Assembly: GCA_030141605.1 (NCBI GenBank)
Contig: JAQGDQ010000066.1
Coordinates: forward strand, 372,001-436,000
Source of the DNA: Tubiluchus corallicola
Taxonomy: Eukaryota > Animalia > Priapulida
Direction of reading: 5' to 3'
Length of the DNA: 64,000 nt
Of the stretch, positions 55,133 to 64,000 are shown in pieces; the first letter of the stretch is position 1, and the number at the start of each line of letters is the position of its first letter. The position numbers and the translations under genes were made by a program. The notes under the pieces are model-generated. The model ran no database searches, was not told the origin of the DNA, and was given only the letters and a program-made list of their open reading frames with translations.

Positions 55133-58100
55133 ATGGAAGAAACTCATGAAAGAAGTGAAGCTAATGGCTCCATGAGTGAAGAACATAGCTCAACAATGGA
55201 AACCAAGGATGACAACAAGTTGGCATGTCCTGTTGAAACAAGTGAAGAGGTAGCTTCCGAATTCACTGATGTAACAGATAATGAGAATGAAAAGGAAATG
55301 AGTGAGCAAGAACATCTTGAAGGAGAAGATGTGGATGCGGCTGTTATTGCCGTAGAAAGGGTCGCTGCAAATGGGATGCACTCACCAGATGGTGAAGAAA
55401 AAAGCTCAACAGTAGATTCTGGCGAGACAGAAGACGTTATTGCAAATACCCTCGGCTCAACAATGAATGTGAACACCACTGAAGGAGTTCTGGAAATAGT
55501 ACAAAGTGCTGTCAGTAGCGGATTTCAAACCGTTTCAGTAACAGAAGTAGACAGTCAGGAGGATATAACTAGAGATAGTATGAGCATACAAGCAGATAAT
55601 TCAGTTCCAACAGATAGTGAGATAGAGAAAAAAGAGCCTGAAAAACCACAAGATGTTATTGAAAATCAAGAGGACAATATGGTTGAAGCAGGTGCCAACA
55701 TGCTACAAGATGCAGAAGTTGATTTGGAACAAAGAGATGAAGCATTTGCTTCAGCAGAGTCAGATACCGAACATACCCAGTTCATAGGTAGTCAAGAAGG
55801 ATATTCTGAGGAAGATAACGAGGTCAAAGAAAGAGCTGTTGTAACAGAGCCTCCAATAGATACTGGTGATGACCAATTGACGACAGGTTTGATATTTTCT
55901 ATGCAGCTAAAACTGAAAAATTATGCCATCCAAAAGTTTCTGTTCATTCAGAATGTGGATGGACTTTGAATTTTGTATGATTTAAATAAATATAAAGTTA
56001 TTCTTTTGATTGATCAGCATTATCTCTAATTATTTTTTTAAATGATCTAATGTTGATCTACTGTCTGAGCTTTTTTAACAATCAATTTATGGTACCAATT
56101 TTTTCTCGCAGGTCTTTCTGCTCGTTACTCGGACAATGGCCAGAACACTGAACCCATAAATATTTGGTCATTTATTGAGTCTGCTGGCGCTGATTCATCA
56201 TCCGTTGCTTTTAGTTCATTCTCCCAGGAAGATGCGGACATTCGTGGTAAGATTTTCTGAATCACTTTTGTTCTTAAAGTTTGATTTGTCTCTTGTCCTG
56301 TAACAACATGTAAAGTAGTCTAAGATATTGATTCTGTAAACACATAAGTCCATCTAGTTTTAAGTTGTTTGAAGAACTATATTATTTCTTAAATTTCTCT
56401 TTGGACTTTCCAGTCCTGTTGCAAAATTTTAAAATGTTAAACAAAAATGTTGCCACTTATGCTGTCAGCCAACTTGCTTGCCGAGTGTCTGTATAATTTC
56501 TAGTAATTTTCACGTTAATTTTTTCTGCTTACCAATCTTTTTGAAAGCCAATGTTGTTTGATTATGTAGCAGCATTTACCATTGTGCAGTACGCAGTACA
56601 GGCAATACAGCAGATTTCGATAGCCAGTTGCTTTGTTTTTAACTGCTCGGTTTCAGCTTGTTCTGCAAGCAGGACATTAAAAGCAGTTAATATATTTCTT
56701 ATCTTGTTGTGACTTCACGCAAATCATCTGTAGTACCTGTTATAGTTTTCCAATCCTTCATGAAGGTGGAACATTACTAAAATGGAGATATTTTTAGAGA
56801 AATTCCACAACCTCATGCAATCTGCTGTTATAAATGTGGGTGTGACCTAGTAACATGTCAGTGAGCTTTGAGACGTAGTCTTGTGCTATTTTTATTTTGC
56901 AGGAGACAGACGACCACAATCTGTCTTAGATAAATCAGTGATGCAGAAAAAGCCATACCTCGGTGGCTACCGCCACAAGTTGACAGGTAAAGTATATCTG
57001 CATGCTGGTGTACAGACATATCTACGATATCCAAAGAAGAGGAACGCTAATGTGGAAAAGTTTTCCCGAGATACACAGGTAATGCCAAAATTTCTTGTTT
57101 TTTTAAAAAACACCAGAAAAAGGTAGTAAGTTGCTCTGTGTAAACAGCTACAACAAGAAACATGAGGAACAGAATGCGCCTTACAATTAACCATTGAGTG
57201 CAGTGCAATTGAAAATGTGGAAACGTCTGGACTCTAAAACAAGTGAAAAAGCGGAGTAGATATATTTGCTATTTGACATGCAGTCTTTTATTGATATGCA
57301 TTATTTTCATTTGATATTGTTTTCCATAAATGGTCAGCATTCTTTTATTAAAATATGTACACGGGAAAGAGTTTTACAAGAGTTCTATATTAACAAGCAA
57401 GACTAAAGAAACTTATATGTCAACTAATCACACGTTTTGCATGTCAAATGCCTCCTACTTTTACATTTTCAGACATGTGATTTAAAGACCATTGAACTAC
57501 AAACTCATAGGGATGCATCCACTCAGATGTCTGCTCCTGGGATATGCATTTCCAGCGTTGGGAGCAAAATAAAAATGGCAGGTGCATACGTAACAGCTGA
57601 CGAAATCCACGATACTCGTGAAGAAAAGGTATCGAATAAGTTGTACTTTGCAGTAACTGTCAATTTTAACCATGATAAACCTGATTCTTTGATCTGTGTC
57701 TTATTCTGAGTATTTAACTTTGCTGGAGACGCTTTTGTTTATGACAAACTGTATAGTAGTAATAGTAAGTATACTAATTTGATTATGAACGACATTGTAA
57801 CTGATTTATCATTGCATTTTACTCTCATTGAAATGCTAATTCGGATTTCCATTCTTTCATTCAGATACCTTTTCATTTATTTTATTTATCCTCTTTAAGG
57901 CATGACAATGGCTTGCAAAGAGAATTGCAATCATTCATTCAGCTATGCATTTATTCATTCACTGATTTCTTTCTTTCGTTTTTCAGGCACTTATTTTGCA
58001 GACCAAAGCACGACAATGGCTTGCAAAGAGAGTTGTAGCTAAAATGCGAACTGAGAGGGATGAACGTCAGATGATAAAACAGCAAGAGATAGAGGACAGA

Positions 58101-61100
58101 AGGAGAGAGAAAGAGAAGAGAATTCGTGAAGAGTACATGCGGCGAATGCATCCTAAGACCAAAAATGATTTCGATCTTGTTTTTAGTGCTTTAGAAAGTA
58201 TGGATGTTTAGATTTTACTTGGCTTTTTAAAAACGATTTTTAAAGCATGGAAAAATTAATTTAATGTCCGTAAGTTTATAAATGCTAGTTTTTCGTTTTT
58301 GCTTTCAGACTGGCGAAAAGATGAAGAACAAAAAATTTCTGAGCGTATGTCAGGACCACAGAGAAAGGCAGCTTTGTGTGGTTTACTAGATGATGAAACT
58401 AAACACCTCTCTACCGTGGAGAGACATAGGCAACTTGCAGCTGAATTGAACAAGCATCAATCCCTTTTGCATTTTGTAAACAAGGTAAAAAGTCATTTTT
58501 TTGATCTCTGAGGTGCCAGCCAGTTGTTGACATTCTCCATCAGTGGTGACTTTGTGGCTATGGAATTTTTAGGTTGCTTTTTTACTGGTTAATGTAATAA
58601 TTCAGTAATAGCGAAATTGGTATGTAAGAACAAAGCTATTACATGAATCGAAATAGTAATAAGTCTTTTAAGCAGCTATAAATGTATTGAATCTGCTGTT
58701 TTATATTGTTCATGTAAAAGTTAAACATTTTTTGGCATTTTGTTACTCTTGTTACAAAGTAACAGTTAAAAGAATTCATAGCTAATTAACTTGGCAAATT
58801 GCCAACTATCCGTCATTAATAGACAGTAAGTAATCATCTATAGTTGTAGTATTGCAAGGTGATTCATGAATGATAAAAGTATGCCCAGAACTTTTAAATT
58901 TTTAAAACTAAAGTTAGTAGAAAGAAAGGAGATATGCAAAAGTCAGGACTGAGTCTGAATTTAAACCAGAGGCTTTTGGATTATGTCGTGTGTCTTAATC
59001 AGACCTCTGAATCAAGATGTATGAGTTTAATTTCGGTTCAGTTTTGGTAGCTTAATTAATTTACATGTCCAATTTGGTGCAAAACATTAGCAATTACAGA
59101 CGTCTTCTGCAATAATCAATAACTATTCAAATACTAAGGATGTATTTTCGCACTTCAGGCTGCTGCTCCTAAGAAATGGGTCGGAAGTGATGGCAAGGTA
59201 ACGGAAGTTGACACGCTTAACATTATACAAGCAGCCAATTTGAGGAACATTTATACAAGCATCAACATGACGGGTTTGACTCAAGACGAACGTTTAGACG
59301 TTCTGCTCTCACTAAAACATGCCGTTCAAGTAAGTTGGATTGCAAGTATTAACTGCCTAGTTCACATTATATTAAGTATTGTCACATTTATCTCAAGATT
59401 TTTTTTATTGAACTGTACAGTCGATAAATGCACTTGCTAAATTTTAGGAAGCTACTGTATACAATGATAGTGACTACAATGCAACGTTCTATTATATAGT
59501 TATAGCTGGATAATTTTCGAGCGTGACTGCTCAAAGACACTATCCTCTGAATAAAAACAAGTTCTATCTCCATAAGTTTTTAGCTTATGCACCTTCGTGT
59601 GTACTATTTTGTAGGACTTAACAGTGTCATAAGTCTGCAAATTTCATTATTAATGTTGATTGATTGATTGATTGATCGATTCTTTTCAAAATAGTATTAC
59701 AATGTAAAACAAGAGAAAAGGGAGAAGCCACCCAGGCAGAGCACTTATAGTTGGCTCTCTGTTAACAAGTTACGATCAAATTTACAATGTTGTAACAAGT
59801 TTTCATTCTCTAACAATGATGTAAACTGTTTAACATTGGAGGCATTAACTGTGTTATAAGTTAAAGAATTCCAAATATCTACAGTTCTGTTACAAAAAGA
59901 GAATTTGTAAATATTCGGTCTGCAGTAGTTTTTATAATTTAAAGTTATGTCCCCTAAACCCAAAATGGGGCGCGTACGTAAAAAAGTCATGAAACAGTAA
60001 TCCTATATGATTATTACAAGTTTTATAACCATTTTTAGATCAAAGATTAACCTTCTTATTTTTAATGGCTTTAACTTAAGAATTTGTAGTCTATGCAAGT
60101 AATCTCTATAGTTTATATTACGTCTTCTACACAAATGTTAGCATTGCTTATATGTCGCCTCATAAACGTGTTAACACTGCAGGAACATGACTGCAAGTTG
60201 ACAAGAGACATCATTGAACTGGTTGACAGAGAAGCCGACCTCATAATGAGAGGAACGAAAGAGACAAATCTTCTAGGCCTGCGCAAACGAATTCTAACAT
60301 TGTTCCTTCAATTTTTCAAGAATCCAGATTTTAATCCAGAAGTTGCAGGGCTATTAAAGGTAAGTTTTCTGCCTTGTATATATAGCCACACACAGGGGTG
60401 GACTACCCTATAGACTAGTACAGGCTGCAGCCTAGGGCCATCAAGCTTAGAGGGGTCCATACTTTGCATTGCTGAATAATACATATAACTTAAAAAAATT
60501 TCAACTTTAAAAAAGAAGGCAGGAAGTATAAAAATCCAATTTTAAAGTGGCTTCTCATTTGAGATAAAGGATCCCTGTTTGAGGTCTTTTATTTGAGACA
60601 AGCCCCTCTTTGAAGCACTTTATTTGAAATATGGGCCCACAGCTGTACAAATGTTGCTGAAATATATCGCACGTAGAAAATATTCGAGGCCAAATTAAAG
60701 GGTGGCTCCGTCTGTAGGGGGCCCCATAATTTCGTTAGCCTAGGTCTTGGCCACATATCAAATGTTTGTCAGAATAGTTGATAGAACGTTGAAGACAAGT
60801 ATGAATTGTTATTCAATGCCTTTTTTAAGCAGCTAACTTGAAAATGTTACCAAAGTTTATAAAATGTGGATGAAAAAAGTAACTTAATTAAGTTTGCAAC
60901 GTCTTCCAATCTTTCACAAAACGTGCGAGGGCCTGTGTCAGTATAGCCTTCTGCCAAACTAGATTCCTTCTTTAATGTGAATCAAGCATTTATTGTACCG
61001 TGTATTTTTTCTTTTTTCTTCTTGTAAGCCCTAAACAACTCATGCAGAATTTAAGATAAAAGTTCATTATTCAAGAGACAGAAAAGACACTTCTGATAAA

Positions 61101-64000
61101 ATTTAATGAACTAACAGACCTATTACTTGCATAGAAAAGGTTATCGTTCTTAGAAAGTGGCTGTAAAAAAGTAGCCAGATACTAGAACTTCAATTTTCTT
61201 TTCAGGTTCCACCTGGTCCAAGAGCTCAACGACGAGACATTCACCAGTGCGGAAGTTGCAAACAGTTCCTAGTTTCAGATGAGTTTCCATTCTACTGCGG
61301 CGCCATTGTGACTCATCGATGTAAAAATTGCAAAGCTCTAGACAACCTCGGGCGAATGAGGCATAACATTTCCGGGTACAAAGCTATGCTGAGAGATCTA
61401 CGAAGGGCAGAGAAAAAGATTGGGGATGGCTCACGGGTTATTTACATGCTCCAGGTATAGTCATTGTTCTTTTTCTCCTTAGCTTGTTAGGCTGCATTAA
61501 GCAAGATTTTTGTTATGAAAGCTTATAAGATCTTAGATCAACTGGAATGGAAGCACTAATATGCTTTGACCTGGCATGCCCTACTTGCTCATTAATTTTC
61601 TTGTAAATTAATATATATATATATGGCTTCTATAAGAAAATCGTGAGAACTCTTTAAAGTTACCACATATGGAATCCATTTCTTTGTAAAAATTCAGAAT
61701 ACATTTATACATAAGAATTAAAGAAATCATAAACAGTGTAGCGATGTATAGGGCAGATCAGTTTAGCAGGTTTGATTCATTTAAGGGCACTTTGAGGATG
61801 GTATTGAAAAAAGGGAAAAATTGAACTTTGGTGTAATGCTCTGCACAATGGTCTGTAGTATTTTTATGTAAAATTTTAGCCTCTTATAATGAAAACTGTA
61901 TCCTGTGACTCGTTCAAAGATAGATGTGACAATAACCACAACAACAACGACAAGGTGACCAAGCTTTAGGGATCTTGTACTTTGTTGCCCGATCATAAAA
62001 CTGTACATAATTTGCAAATAGAAAGGCAGGCAGCAAGACTCACTACTTAAATATTTTTTTGCATAGGAGTCTGACTTACAGTACTTAGTTGAGAACATAT
62101 GGTATACACAGAGCATATTGAGTGGTATGTCTGACCTTAATGACTTGGTCTTTCTTCGATGGGATGTGACTCAAGAGTGGTCTCCATGGAACTGTATACT
62201 ACTAAATAAAGAAGAAGCTGATGCCCATGTAAAAATAAAAGATCCTATTGCGGTAAACTTACTGATATTTATTGATTTTATTTGCTAAAATAAAGTAAGT
62301 GTAGTAAAAACATTAAAAGCAGTACAACAAAAAGTCAAACAAACCAAATTATACACAGAGACTTGTTAAAACAGCAAGAGGCAACATCCAAGATGTAATC
62401 GGATCTGTTAAGATACATTGAGACCCACCCTGATAAGGGGTAGTCTGCACACTAGAAAACTTGTGTTTTATGACTGAAGTAGTGCTAAAGCCCGGCTAAT
62501 GAAAGTTCTTCTAACAATAGGGTTGAATGTGCTTCCATGCACAGCTCAAGTATTTGACAGAGGTATTTCCTCAATGCGTTAGAATAACTACATTGCATTT
62601 AGATAGAATAATCCATTTTGCAAATACTTAATTGTTTGCCCTAAGATTTTTGCCCACTTGGATCCACCAAACCATGACAACGTGAACACAATGAACAACA
62701 AACATGCTTCTCATAAAACATATGAATATGGCTGCCACATACAAATGTTACACCAGTAAGTCTTTCTACAGGGAATAATTGAAGACTGATAGATTTCTCA
62801 AATGTAACACCATAAAATGATCTTGAATAAAAGCATATTGCACGTATCAGTACATCCTTGGTACTGCTTGCAATTAACATATGCTAGAATAAAGTTGTAA
62901 ATTGATCATTTCTAAATTAATGTTGTCTTTTGTCTCAGTGATTTAACAGTGTAGTGCCTTTCTCACACTTACTTTGTATTTCTGATCTACACATAATTTA
63001 ATCTAGAAATTTTAACTAACTCTCTTTACATTACCCCCAAATTACCATTTTTAAGTTGCTACTAATATATATCTTTAAAGCATGCCTGAATTACACCAGT
63101 AAGATTAGATTAGATTGAGATTGTTTTAATTTGCACTTTTGTTTTGCTGCTTTAATGCTTTGTTGAATTGTTTTTCTTTGTCTTATTGTATGGTTTGTTG
63201 CTTTACTGAATTGTTAAATATTTTTGATACATTTGCTTGCATTACTCCCAATAATTTTGACAGCTTCCATCTTTAGTTGAGTATTGAATTGTTTTGTCGA
63301 GCTGTTTATTTATTTTTATATTATTACTTTATTACATTTTGAATTATTGCCTTGTTGAATTCTTTAATGTTTTGTTACCTATTTATAGCTTTGCTACTAT
63401 TATTTTGCCCACAAATGGTAATACATTTATTTCTAATCCTTACTCGTAATAATTATTGTTACTTGAATGTTCCCATAAGAAAATGTATCTTCTTATCAAA
63501 AAACAAATTGTCTCTCTTTAAATGCTACTAACACCATTTTTTAAATCTCATCGACAGTATTAATTGATTGCTAAGGGGTGGTTGGTAGGTGGCCCGATGG
63601 TCTTTCACCACCCCTCCTCCCTTTTTGTTCATTTTCTAAAGCAAACTAACCATTAAACAAACCTGTTAAATTGTAAGAAGCAAATAAAAAAATTTAATAT
63701 ATACATATAATATGTATATATTAATTTTTTTTATTTCCTTCCTACAATTTAACAGGTTTGTTTAATGGTTAGTTTGCTTTAGAAAATGAACAGAAAAAGA
63801 ATTCATTTAAAAACAAATTTATTGTTTACTTTTATAGGTTTACAGGTTTTTTTACTTTTGTTTTTAGGCTTACGGGCTAGTTTTCTTGGATAAAATCTAC
63901 CAAAAGCATACACTTGCCTGTAACTACTTTGCTGCCTTACCTGGTGTGTGTGAGGAAGTCAGACTGAAGGCTAAGGGGAGTATTTTAATAGCACCTGTCG
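55133..64000 (+). CDS. IQUB: IQ motif and ubiquitin-like domain-containing protein (ciliary radial-spoke protein); last exon runs off the right edge
   Basis: Phase-consistent exons 55133-55886, 56112-56246, 56903-57078, 57473-57628, 57987-58197, 58309-58484, 59159-59329, 60183-60359, 61206-61454, 62067-62252, 63868->64000. Motifs: [36 protein letters not shown] motif [58 protein letters not shown], CxxC..Cxx[14 protein letters not shown]. Confidence 0.94.
59657..60075 (-). mobile_element. 5'-truncated CR1-group LINE (ORF2 C-terminus, 3' UTR and microsatellite tail) in an IQUB intron
   Basis: The peptide [35 protein letters not shown] matches the CR1 ORF2 end (F..RV...WN.LP..VV.A.S...FK..L). 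It is followed on the minus strand by an (AATC)n tail at 59657-59680. Confidence 0.75.
63621..63799. repeat. Near-perfect ~180-bp palindrome (hairpin) in the last visible IQUB intron
   Basis: TGTTCATTTTCTAAAGCAAACTAACCATTAAACAAACCTGTTAAATTGTA is mirrored exactly by TACAATTTAACAGGTTTGTTTAATGGTTAGTTTGCTTTAGAAAATGAACA; centre near 63709. Confidence 0.9.

Noticed and set aside
55144-55479. Antisense ORFs over the first IQUB coding exon
   Set aside because: They are shadows of the acidic plus-strand coding sequence.

Overview
AT-rich, intron-containing DNA from an invertebrate animal genome, not a prokaryote. Four protein-coding genes could be rebuilt by hand from GT-AG junctions with consistent exon phases. 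(1) A concentrative nucleoside transporter of the SLC28/CNT family on the minus strand, running off the left edge. (2) A short FACIT-like collagen on the minus strand, with a TSPN domain, an NC2-like helix and a single short collagenous domain. (3) A complete DNAJB9/ERdj4 on the minus strand. (4) An IQUB on the plus strand, running off the right edge, head-to-head with DNAJB9 and apparently lacking the ubiquitin-like domain. The 21-48 kb interval is gene-poor. It holds eroded Cys-rich and transmembrane exons, mini- and microsatellites, several MITE/foldback elements, LINE fragments, a tRNA-like head and a ~540-bp 5S-rRNA-headed retroelement with an RTE-type body and tail. The leading candidates for novelty are the 5S/RTE SINE, the mini-FACIT collagen, the compact bidirectional promoter with adjacent XBP1- and RFX-like sites, and the Ubl-less IQUB. 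All family assignments come from recognising motifs by eye; no database search was run.
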